Below, in pieces: positions 35,382 to 46,900 of a stretch of 64,000 nt of DNA. This stretch comes from a virus: the IMG/VR virus record IMGVR_UViG_3300034107_001363, positions 9,296 to 73,295 of that record. One strand, written 5' to 3'. The position numbers and the translations under genes are program-made. How positions within the stretch are numbered: the first letter of the stretch is position 1; every line of letters starts with the position of its first letter. The notes below the pieces were generated by a model. The model saw nothing but the letters and a program-made list of their open reading frames with translations. It searched no databases and was not told where the DNA came from.

Positions 35382-36503
35382 ATGGCTGAAAACGAAATTA
35401 TTACGCCCAAGGAGAACCTGAAGGCCAATACGGTTGCCGACACCCGGGCCATTGCGGCCAAGCGTGGGGCCATCAATGCCGAGCGGCAGGCAATGCAGAC
35501 AGAGCGTTCGTTGCAGCGGAAATACCGCCGTGCTGTGCGCAATGACGACTTTGGAGGAGCTGCGGACATCAGCAAACTGCTTGCCCAGACCGGTGGAAGC
35601 ACGGTGGGTCCGGTGATCCGCCAAGCAGAAGAGGAGAGGGCGGTGGCTGGCCAACGTGCCATCGACCGGGCCGACCAGCAGAACAAGATCCGGGCCGGCG
35701 GAACCGCTGCCTTGATGCCCGGTGACCAGCGTCCGGTGGAACCCGATCCGGCTAACCCTCCAGCAGCGGTCAATGCTGGCAACCAGCCGGGTGCTGACGA
35801 GGTGGCTGAACAGGCAACCGCCAATCCTGAAGCCAAACCTGGGGCGGGCAATGGCACCGCGTTGAAGGGTTCGCAGCGCGCCGCAAAAGGCGGCGGTAAC
35901 CGAGCTGTTGGTGATCGAAATGAAGCTGCTGATTCTATCGAGGCTCAAGCAGCTGCTCCGGCAGCGCAAGCAGCTGAACCGCCTCCAAAAGCCTTTCAAC
36001 CTGACAGTCGCCAACGGTTCATCGGCGATTTGAGGAAAAGTGATTCTTTCAGCAAGAAAGATCCCAATGCAATTAACAAGGCCATTGAGCGTGGATCCCA
36101 ATTCGGAATTTCCCGTGATCAAATTAAGGCCTTTTCAGAAGACCCCACTTCAGCAACACCCTCCTTACGAGCTCAAGCAGCCAAGGATGACCTAGCTCGG
36201 GAGGTCGAAGAAAACTGGAACAAGGAAGTGTCGGGCCGCGAAGCCGTGATCAGGAGCAAGGCGCTTGACCTCGACAACGGCTTCATGTCCGGCCCGGCGT
36301 TTGATGAGCTCTACGGTAAGGCAAAGACCGAAATAAAAAACCTGAGGGAGCTGCAAATTCCAGGCTACGAACGGCCGGCATCCGGAGCTTCGAATGCCAC
36401 GTCTTACGTCAATCCAAAGATTGAGCGGGCCTTCAGCGTGTCGCGCGAACGTATTGCCAGTTCGGAACAACGCTTCGAGAAGATGCGGCAAATCCTTGCG
36501 TAA
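35382..36503 (+). CDS. Putative internal virion (ejection) protein
   Basis: 373 aa, Ala/Gln-rich, Cys-free; synteny. Confidence 0.65.
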   Translation: MAENEIITPKENLKANTVADTRAIAAKRGAINAERQAMQTERSLQRKYRRAVRNDDFGGAADISKLLAQTGGSTVGPVIRQAEEERAVAGQRAIDRADQQNKIRAGGTAALMPGDQRPVEPDPANPPAAVNAGNQPGADEVAEQATANPEAKPGAGNGTALKGSQRAAKGGGNRAVGDRNEAADSIEAQAAAPAAQAAEPPPKAFQPDSRQRFIGDLRKSDSFSKKDPNAINKAIERGSQFGISRDQIKAFSEDPTSATPSLRAQAAKDDLAREVEENWNKEVSGREAVIRSKALDLDNGFMSGPAFDELYGKAKTEIKNLRELQIPGYERPASGASNATSYVNPKIERAFSVSRERIASSEQRFEKMRQILA

Positions 36504-36509
36504 CCATTC

Positions 36510-37967
36510 ATGAGCACTGACCAAGAACTTGCCGCAGCGTCTGCCGGTTTGACCAACAACCTGCCCGGGATGAACATCTTCGGGGCCGGCCGTTCGACCA
36601 TGGCGGTGCTGCCGGAAATGATGCAGCTGGGCGAGGTGATGCGGATGCGCGCCGACCAGACCAAGGATGCCTATGCTATTCGGGGCTTAGACCGGGCTGA
36701 ACAATCGGCGTTTGCTGAAGCTGATGAGTTTGGAGCGTTTCAGGAGCACCTCAAGTCAACTGCTGGCATGAGCGATATTGATCGGGCAAAAGCCAATCAG
36801 AATGCTCTTATTTCCAATCCCAAATGGACCGCTAATCCGTTCATCAAAGACTCCCTCAGCCAACTGGATCAGTCGGGAGCTTCTTTGCTTTCTGCCCGCA
36901 AGAATGAATTGGAGGTAAAGCAGGTTGAGCAAGGGATGTGGGCTGCCGGGATCGAGGAGTCAATGAGGGAAGAGGCGGTGAAAACGGCTCGGATCAACAG
37001 TCGCACCGCCCTCAAGCAAGCGGAAGATGGAGCAGTTGAATATGACGCCAAAGTCGAGCAAGGCCAGTTCGACAACGCACTGTCTTTGAGCGAGGCCTTG
37101 CATTCTTCCGGAATGGGGCAGAAGGCCAAAGAGAGAGTGGCAGTGTTGGCCGACCGTTTTGGTGCTGATCCTGTTGATCAGGCCCGGGTCCGGGGGATCA
37201 GCAAGATTGTCGGCTCGTTTAGCCGGGCCCCGGCGGTGGCGCGGGTCTACGCTGCAGAGTTGACTCCTTACCAAGAGGTTTACAACCAAATGAAGTCTGA
37301 TGGTCTTGCGGTGGATCCGACCGACCCGAACCAAACCCCTCAATCCATTGCGGCCAGTTTTGATCAGGCCATGTCCAATGTAGGGAAAACTGGCGCGCGG
37401 TTAGAGGATCAAAGCAAGATGTTGGCTAGGATTACCGAAGCCAAGGCGGCGATGATGGTGCTGGCTAATCATGTTAGCCTGGCTAATACCGCCGAAGCGG
37501 AATTTGTCGCCGGGTTGGAAGAGAAGATGAAGGACTCCTCCCCCGGAGGGAAACAGGCGTTGCGCGAGTTTACCGTGGAGTGGGGAGTGAAAGCGGGCGA
37601 GTTCAGCGGGATCTACAAGCAGCAGATGGAGGAACATGCGCTGAAGCTAAAAACCGAAGAGGAACAGCTCAAGCAGGATGACGTCCGCTCAAAAATTGCG
37701 GCTCGGGTCTCCGGAGCCACTGCAGCCGAAGCCCGAATTGTGCTTCAGGAATACGGTTTCGTATTTAAGGCTTCTCAGAACAAGTCGGCTCAAATCGCTT
37801 CGGTGCTCAAAGCCATTCTTCCCGACGAGATTTCCGAGGAAGATGGCGTAATCGACATTGAGGCTTACGAACAGAAGGCTAGGGAGATCGTTGAAGCCAA
37901 TGACGCTACCCCGCTGGTTCCTGACGTTTCGAAGAAGCTTCCCGGCACCAACGACGCTCTCGACTAA
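36510..37967 (+). CDS. Putative internal virion (ejection) protein
   Basis: 485 aa, helical, Cys-free; directly before the giant ORF. Confidence 0.65.
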   Translation: MSTDQELAAASAGLTNNLPGMNIFGAGRSTMAVLPEMMQLGEVMRMRADQTKDAYAIRGLDRAEQSAFAEADEFGAFQEHLKSTAGMSDIDRAKANQNALISNPKWTANPFIKDSLSQLDQSGASLLSARKNELEVKQVEQGMWAAGIEESMREEAVKTARINSRTALKQAEDGAVEYDAKVEQGQFDNALSLSEALHSSGMGQKAKERVAVLADRFGADPVDQARVRGISKIVGSFSRAPAVARVYAAELTPYQEVYNQMKSDGLAVDPTDPNQTPQSIAASFDQAMSNVGKTGARLEDQSKMLARITEAKAAMMVLANHVSLANTAEAEFVAGLEEKMKDSSPGGKQALREFTVEWGVKAGEFSGIYKQQMEEHALKLKTEEEQLKQDDVRSKIAARVSGATAAEARIVLQEYGFVFKASQNKSAQIASVLKAILPDEISEEDGVIDIEAYEQKAREIVEANDATPLVPDVSKKLPGTNDALD

Positions 37968-37985
37968 TTTCCGATCACTCTCATC

Positions 37986-40900
37986 ATGGATTTTTCCAAC
38001 CTGACCCGTCTCGCTCCGCCTAAGTCGCTTTTCACCAAGGAACCAGAAGTTCCGGAAGTGCCAGAAGAAGAGCAAGAGGAACTCGACCTGAAGCGGCCGG
38101 AGACCTACTTGCTTTCATCGAAATGGGTCAATGCCAAGTCCGTTGAGGAGCGGGTGGCGTTGGTCGACAGGATTGCTTTGAAGCAACTGGAAGCACTGGA
38201 AGCTGATAAGGAGGGCACCATCGAGATGGAGGTCTACCGCAAGGAAGCCGACGGCAGCCGGTCGGGCAAGCCGGTGCGCGACCAAGTAAAGACCTATGGT
38301 CCGGATGGGTTATTGAGCCGGCAGTCGCTTGAGTTCCTTGAGCAAAGCCGCCAAACCCTTCTTCAGGCTGCTCAGGATCCGGACGGCGGGGTTCGCCTCA
38401 ACGGTTTTTCCGGCAAGCTGGAGGCATCCAACTGGATTGACCAGGCGGTGCGTGGCAATCGGGCTCCGGTTGAAGACGATCCGTCTCTCAAGCCTTACGA
38501 CGAATTCATCAAGGACCAGTCGGTGTTGGCAACCGAAGAAACCAAGCCCGATTTCTCGTGGGAGAAATACACCAAGTGGAGCAACGACCGCCAGACCGAC
38601 CCCTCCAAGCAGGTTGACCCAAAAGACGAAAAGCAAAAGAGGAAGTTTGATGAGCATGTCGGATGGGCGACCTACGACCCGACCAGCATGGGGCCCGACA
38701 AGGTGATTGACACCTTCAACGGTCGGGTGACGGTCAATCCGACCAACTTGTTTGAGTATGACCAAGCTGAGCGGGAGCTTACCGAGCGCACTGATTTGAC
38801 TCCTGCCGCCAAGAAGCTGGCTTGGATGGACTACGAAGCCAAAGTCAACCAGCACATCATGGACGGGGTCAACCTGTTTGCTTCGGCGGATGCTGGAGTG
38901 GAGTTTTTGTTTGGTGATTTTGTTTCTTCTGCGGAAGGCCTCGCAATGGAGGAAAAGATCAAAGGGTGGAGTGATGAGGACAAACAGGCGTTTCGGCAGG
39001 AGCAAGCGGCTAAATTCAGCGGACGGATGGGACTCGGAGCAAAGCCTTTGATCAACGAGCTGGAAGCTCATCTTGAGGCAGGAGGGTCCGGCATCGACTT
39101 TTTGCGCGCCAACAAAGAGCGCATGAGTCGGGATTCGTATGGTCCAGTTAGCGAGTTGGCCGCCAAGACCCGTGACGCGTTTCTGGCAACCGGTGGCGGA
39201 ATCAACTGGGCGATCGGTCATTACGTTAACCAAGCGCCCGGCGTTGGGACCATGTTTCGCATGGCGACGGGAACTGATGGCACCGAGTTTAGCCGTCCAG
39301 CCCAAGAGTGGGGAATCTTGGCCGAGGAAACAGCACAGGCCTATCGCAATCCTGAATATAATTTGCTGATCACTAAGGTCAACCGCCGTGACCTCACCTC
39401 ATTGGGCGGACAGCTTGCTTCGTTTATCGGGTTGGGAAGCTTGGGGATAGCAGCAACTAAGGGAGCAACTTTGAGTGCGGCGAAAGCGGCTTTGGCCCAA
39501 GGCACCGCGATGGCAACCGCGAGCACGGCGACACGGCTGGCGACGGCTACTGGCGGTCGTCTTGGCCCGAAGACAGCAGCTTTTTTGGTTGAGACGGCAA
39601 CAGACGCCACTGCTTATCTTGGTGCCATCCAAGCGTCAGGGATGTCGTTTGGCGGAACTCATGACGCGATTCTCAAAAAGACCGGCGACGCGAAGGAAGC
39701 CTACCGGGTGGCTTCGATTGACGCCGTGGCTGACGGACTTGGAGCACTCATTGCCACCTCGGTGATGAACCGGGTCGCACCCGGAGCGGAACGGTTGTTT
39801 GGTCTCCAACCTGGCAAGGCCGGTGGTTCGTTGGTTCAGCGCTTTCGCGCAACCCGGGCGAATACCGTTGGCGCCAGTGGTTTGGCAGACATCAAGAATA
39901 GCTTGAGCAAGCTTCATCCAAAACTTGGCAAGCAGTTTGCCAAGGACATGAAGGCTGCGATTCGCCACGAAGCTGCCCAAAAGGGTCTTCGTGGTTTTGG
40001 GGTGTTCAAGTCAATGGGAGCGGAAGGAATCGAGGAGTTCTCCGACGAAGCGATTTCCGACGTGATCAAAATGATTATCGATGACTCCAAAAGCTGGTCA
40101 GCCGGCGACTGGGGCAACATCCACGACAACTTCCGCGACTATTTGAAGGCCGGTGTGTTGGGGATGATCGGCGGGGCAGTGGGCGACGCCAAGGCAATGG
40201 CCTCATCGGGCTGGAAAGCAACCGTTGGCAACGACGATAAACGCAAGGCTGAAATCAAGCGGGCCGTCACCGACCGGTGGGCATTTATCAAGGCCGATGT
40301 GGCAGGGGCAATGGCTGACAAGGACACCGTCAATCCGATTTACGACGGCACGGATCCGGATGCGTTGAAGCTGGCTGCGGTGCTGGCGTCAGACGATCCG
40401 AAGTTCGATTTGAAATACAAGTCGCGGATGCTGGTGGCGGCAGCCCGCAAGGGGGCGGCGAGGCCGTTCAGCGAAGCGGTCGAGAATGCTCAAGAAGATG
40501 GTCAGAAGCCGTCCAAGCGCACTTCGGCTGTCACTACTCCGGCGACGGGCTCAGCGAGTCCTGTGGTGCCTTCTGGGGGCTCTAGTATTGAAGAAGCGAG
40601 GCAAGCGGCGGTGCTTGGTGTTTCCAAAGCTCCCGCAGGCACCCGGGCCAGGCAGAAAATCGAGGTTGAGGAGTTGCCTGCGGTGACGTTGCCCAACGGC
40701 AGCACCTTGACCCCGTTGAAAATTGGCGGGGTGGGAGCGGCTGGAGCGCGGCTTTTGGTAGCGGGGCCGGACGGTAGTGTCACGGTCAGCTACCTCGATG
40801 CGACCGAAGCTGCGGCGCTGGTAGGCACGACCGACAAGAAGCTGCGCAAGGAGTTCGAGCAGACCGCCAAGGACCAGCAGCAGGAACTGGCCGGAGGCAA

Positions 40901-43900
40901 ATTCAGCGACGCATGGACCGAGGCTGAGAAAAAGACGGATAGCAAAGCGGCGCAGAAGCAGGCTGAAGTGAAGCCTGCTGACCGGCTCAAGGCCGCAGCG
41001 GCCGTGAAGCTCAAGCGCAAGCCGCCCGCCCTAGGCACTTCAAAAGAGCGCTTTGAAAAAGCCCAGCCGCCGAAAGAGGTAATCAAGAACAAGCCCGTCA
41101 ATTCGATGGGCGAGGCCACTCACAATTACAGGACCAAGAAAGGCATCCTTGAGTCGGTGACCACCATTCTCGGAAAGTCCCGCCGGTTCTTTTTTGACAA
41201 ACAGAAAGCACTTGTTGCGGCAGTCAAGGGCACGGGGATGACCGTGCAGGAGAAGGCTGCCGAATGGGACGCCGATACCGAGGCTGGCACCTTGCTGCAC
41301 GAGCAAGTGTCCGCGGTGTTGTCCGGCGGTAATCCGTCCAGCGATCCGTTGGTGACGAAAATTGTTGAACTGGTTCGGGAGAATGCAGCCGACGTTCCAT
41401 TGTCGGAAGTGATCATCAGCAGCAAAACCTATGCGGGGTCCATCGACATCCTTGTGCCCCTGGCTGACGGAAGCTGGCTGTTGATGGACATCAAAACCCT
41501 CAAGGACAACCCTCACGAGACCGGATCCAAGCCGTCTCTCCGTCATCGCGACAAGGGTTCCAAAATCGACGCATGGGCCATTCAGCTGCTGGCTTACAAG
41601 ACGGCTCTTGAGGCTCGCGGCTTGGTGGTGAGCGAGATGAAAATCATCCCGGTTGACCGTGTCGGGCGGGAGGTTTTTGTCGACAGCGAGGGCAATGCGC
41701 TACTGGATGTGGCCCCTACTCCAGAGCAGGAGGAGTGGTTCAACGAAATTTTCCAGCAAGATGACACCGACCAAGGAGCCGACGATGTGGCAGTTGATGA
41801 GCAAGATTCAGGTCCCAAGCCAAAAGGTGCTGGAGTGGATGCAGCTGCCAAAGTCGGAAGCGGTCAACAAGATGCAGGCAATCGGCCAGCTGGAGAAGAA
41901 TCAGGCAGAGAGACTGCACCAGATGCTGCAGCCGAAGTAGCAAGGAGCAAAACTCCCTCCAAGGTGTTGCTACCAAAGGCAACCGAAAATGCTCCGCCAC
42001 GTCCACCACAAGAAGGTGGCCGGGAAGGGCGAGACGCACGTCAGGCGTGGGACGACCAGTATGCGTTCACCCACAACCCCGACGGCAGTCCGATTCAACC
42101 GACACTCACAGAAGAAACGGTTCAAGCTGCTCAAAAAGCGGGCAAGCTCGCCACGGGAGATTCGCGGATTGATGCGTTAGGCGTGTTCGATCAAGCCGGG
42201 GTGGGAACAGCCGTTGAGCAGCTTCTCGATGCTGGGTGGAACTGGAACGGGCAGCGCATGGAGAACCCCGACGACCTGGCTGAAACCCCAGCCGTTGGGT
42301 TGCAGCGAATCCGTGCCGCCCGCGACAATGCTCAACAGGCACCTACACCGGCGGCACCTGCACCCGCAACCCCTTCAGTCTCCCCCCAAGCCCCCCTCGA
42401 ACCCGCTGCCGAAGTAACCTACGAAGCGGTGAACGGCAACCGGCTTCCAGCCAAGGTTGTCGGGGTCAATCCCGATGGAACCTACCAAATAGATGTTCCA
42501 GGATTCGGCGAGTTGACCCGTGTCACTCGCAACCGGTTGGAACCAACCCCGACAACCAATGAAGAACAAAACCAAGTCGAAGTTCCGGTTGTGGAAGCTC
42601 CTGCTTCATCTGGCCTAACTGTTCCGAAGCTGGTGACCCGGTTACGCCTCTTGCACGGCATTGTGTTTGAGCCGAAAGCCAGAGACGCGGGTGCCCGTAA
42701 CCTCAACAACAAAGACCGCTATCCTGGCAATAACGACGTCTGGATGCAGGCAAACAACGGCGCGTTGTTCTTCCATCCGGACTTTCTCGAGAAGGTGTTG
42801 GCTAACGACGAAATTTCCGACAAGGTGGGCTTCGTGGAAGCGACTGTTGAGGCGGTCCGCACTGGCACCGACATCCCGTTGATGCCCGAGCAAACCGAAG
42901 AGGTTACGGTGGAAGAACAGACCGAGGAAGAGCAGGAAGCTGCCGCGGTGAAGGAGACCGAGGAAGTCAAAGCAGAGCTGGAGCAAGAGGAGACCAAGCT
43001 GGAACAACTTCCGGACGATTCGACTGTCGATGAGGTTCGCGAGGTGGCACCGCAGCTGGTGGATACCGCGACGTTGGCTGCCCTCAATGCTTCCGACCGC
43101 GAGTCGTTCCTGACTTGGCTCAAGGGATTCTCCAAAGGCCTCTCTCGTTTCGGCGACAAGATTTGGCGTGCTGCCAAGGGGATGGCAGTTGCACTGGCCG
43201 GCATCTCGGTAGCTCCTCAAGCGACCAACCATGAAATTGCTTCGGTGGCTCAGGTTTCCCCTGAACTGGTTGAGGTGGTTAGCGGTAGTTTGCCTAACTG
43301 GGCAACCCCTTCCGACGTCTCCATTGAGGCGGAGTTTTCCGATGGCACCCTGCCGCTGCCTCTCAACGAAACTGACAATGTGGCGGCGCTGGATGTCAGC
43401 ACCTTGCCTCAACCGGCTTTGGTCAGCATCGATGTGCCTCAGCCTCGTCAGGTCATCAAAGATGTGCAGGCGCCGAAGGTTGGCAGCGTGGAAGCGACCC
43501 AGTCGCTTATCGATGAAATGAACCTTGGCAACGTAGGCACGACTCTTCCCGGCGGTTTGGCCAAGTGGTGGCTGAAGCAAGGCAAGAATCCGGCGGTCAA
43601 TGCGGCAGCTGCCTTGCTGGGAGAACACGAGAAAGGTTCATCCCGAATCAAGTCGATGCTGGTGAGCATGGGGGTTTCTGAAAATCCCTCGTCCTTCCCG
43701 TGGTGCAGCGCTTTTCTTTCGTGGAGCCTGAACCAAGCTGGACTCAAGACCAAGACCATGTCGTCACGGGCTTTTCTTGGTCTCGGCCAGAAAACCACTG
43801 CTCCTGCCTATGGTGACGTGGTGGTTCTGTGGAATGATAATCCAGCTACCGGCGGCAAGGATGGCTGGGGTGGACACACTGGGTTTTACCTCGGCGAGAC

Positions 43901-46900
43901 CGATACTCATGTGATTGTGCTCAGTGGCAATTCGGGCGACTCGGTAGATGTTTCGGCTTTTGTCAAAACCCGTGTTCTTGGCTATCGAGCTTTTGGCAAC
44001 ACACCGGGATTGCTCGCTTCTCGCGGACGGCCGAAGCGCCGGGCTCGTTCCCGTCGGTCCTTGCCGCCGTTGAAGGGATTGGCGGGGGGGCCTGCTCAGC
44101 CGGCTCCAGCGGTTCGCAAGATCAGGAACTTGTCTGTCACCGAAGCGGAACTGACGGAGGAATCGGCGGAAGGCAAGTGGCAGCAAAAGGGGAACGACTA
44201 CCTTTTCACCCCGGCCAAGGGCAAGATGGTGCGGCTTGCTCCGGGCGAAGTAGTGCAAATCGCCGGTAGCGACGACTTGTTGTTTCTCTACTCGGTCGGC
44301 GACGGGGTGTGGCAGTTCAAGCGGATCAATCCGGAAAAGCTCTCCGAGATGTGGAGCGACGGCAATACTCGGGTCAAGGTTGGCCATTTGCAGCAGGAAT
44401 GGGCGAGGACTCGGTTGGACCAGACTGCGGCCGATGTCGAAGGCTTGCTCGACGACTTGCTTGGCTCGGACGCCGCACCCAAAGCCAAGCTGATCACCGG
44501 GCTGCGCAAGCTGCTGCGGAAGGTAATGGCGGAAGTTGCTCCTAATGCTGATCCAGTTGCTCCTGATGGTGATCCGTTTGTCGAGGTGAAACTGGAAGGC
44601 GACGATTTCATCCAGGCTCGCATTGAAACGGTGCTGGTTGAAAGTTCCCAAGAAACCAAAGAGAAACTAGGAAAGGAGTTGGCTAGGCTTGAAGCGAACC
44701 CGGAGTTGCAGCAACTAAAGGATGAAATCAAAAGGATTCTCGGGAGTTTGCCTAAGCATGATGACCCAGGCCGCATGGCGGCTGAAGCTCCGCTAAAACC
44801 ACTTCAGGATCGCTTGAAAGCCCTTGAGCTTGAAATCAATAAAGTCAAAACCGCCATCAGTCGGACGATTAAGCGTATTGAAACTGAAGCTGATTATTAC
44901 GGTGAAGCTGCAGTTAAGACCATGGAGGTGGACTTGGTCAATTTGGTGGCCAAGCTGCGCCGCGAGCTGGGAGGGGTAATGCTGGCCAACGACGAGACTC
45001 GCGCCCATGCTGCGCTCGAGGTGGCGCGCCTGCTGGCCAAGTGGGTCGACGAAGAGCAAATCCACTTCCTTACTTTTGACGAAAAGCGTTTCCCGCGACT
45101 TGAGGTGGAGGGCATGGTCGGAGCTATTTTCAAAGACGTGAAGCATCCGTTCCGGCCAATGCTGCTGGAGACGCTGGACGAGCGTTTTCCAGACCGTTCG
45201 CTGGATGAGGCCGATGACACTTTCCTCGACGACGACAACGGGTTTTACACCCTTGGCGCCGAGTTGCTGCGGAAGATGCTTCAAAAACAACTCACTGGCA
45301 CGACTTCGGAGGATGCGGTTGCTCAAGCAAACTACTTGGCTGCTGCAATGGCTGCTGACTTGCGCGCTGGCAAGATGACCAGCAAGGGCAAGCCGTCGCT
45401 GTTACAGACCATTGGGGCTTTGCTGCGGCGCTACAGTGAGCGGATGCGTTCGATCCTTGGGATGCGTTGGGCCGTCGGCCAGTTGCCGGAAGGTCAATAT
45501 CGTCTGTTCCACCGCCTGATGCAGGACTACCGCAAGGCCAACTTGCGCGGCGACGTCGATCTGGCGCGCGAGAAGCTGGTGATTGCCACTGCCACCCGCT
45601 TGCAGCTGCACAGTTCGGACATGGAGGAGCGGCTCAACAAGATCGGCCGCAAGCACACCGAGGGCCTTGAGCAGATCAAGCGTTTGCCCAAGGTGCTGCT
45701 GGACATCGGTCAGGAGGATTTCCTTGTCCTTAATGCCGAGGGTGAGCTGACGTTGCACGAAGAGGTTGAGAAGTTCATCAATCGCAATCCTGACAAGTTC
45801 AGCCACTCGCTCATTTACGACGCCTTAGAAGCGATGCAGTCGGAAGATGGTTACCAAGCCGCTTGGATGGACGCCGCGCTTGCTAGGAATGCCTTGGAGG
45901 CCCGGGAATTGGCCTTCGACTTTAACCCCGCCGAGTTGTTTGGTGATTCGTCGACTTTTGACCCTGAATCTGCCGTCGGCAAGATCATCGCTGGTTCGCC
46001 GCAAGCTGCTTACAATCCGCTGGTGCGGATGCGCCGCGACGAGCTGGCCGCGATGGACAAGCAAATCGAAGACCGTGCGGCTGGCTTGGTGGTGTCGGAA
46101 CTCGAACGAGTTGAGAATCTTGATCCTTCCGATAAGAAAGATCAGCGGGGTTTGATCAAGTTGGCGGGAGCGCTTGGCGTGATGCCGGCTTCACTCCCTT
46201 CGTCCAATGAAGATTTCGCCAGGCTAAAGGAACAAATTGCTGTTCACATGGAGGTGATGTTCGAGCAGGGCGGTCCTCGTCCGTGGGAAGGCAATTACGA
46301 CCCAGCTTCTGGCCGCTTGGATGGCGCGGTGTATGGGGGGCCGTTACCGTCCGGTTCGTGGTCGATGGGGGACGAAACAGCTGAGGCTCAGCCGTCTATT
46401 TTCAGGCAAGAGCAGGAAGCTTTGGCCGCGTTGCGCGAGCAGCGGTCCCGCAAAGCCGACGACCTACTTATCCTGCAAGGGGTGCTTCAACGCGACGCCA
46501 ACGGCCAGATTGTTTCCGGACCGACCACCGAGGAAGTGCCTGAAACCGACCGCACTGGGGCTTTGTGGCAACTTAACAGGGAACAACGCCGGAACGCCGA
46601 AGTGCTGCGGATCCGTGACCGGATGCGTCAAGCCGAGAAGGACGTCGACATGGTGGAAGCCGAGCGGCGCTACGCTCAACTGGTCGACTACCTCGAAGCG
46701 CTGGATGAATACAATCGACGGGTCACCCACATGAAGCGGCGGGCAATCGGCGACTTTTACGACTGGGAGAAATCTGACTATGGCCTGTTTTGGCAGGACA
46801 CTCGGGTCGACAGCGAGAAAGCCGAGGATCCCCGTATGTGGGATAAGAGCGACCCGGCGCCGGTAGCTATGACCGCTAGCGACGTGTTTGGTTACCAAGC

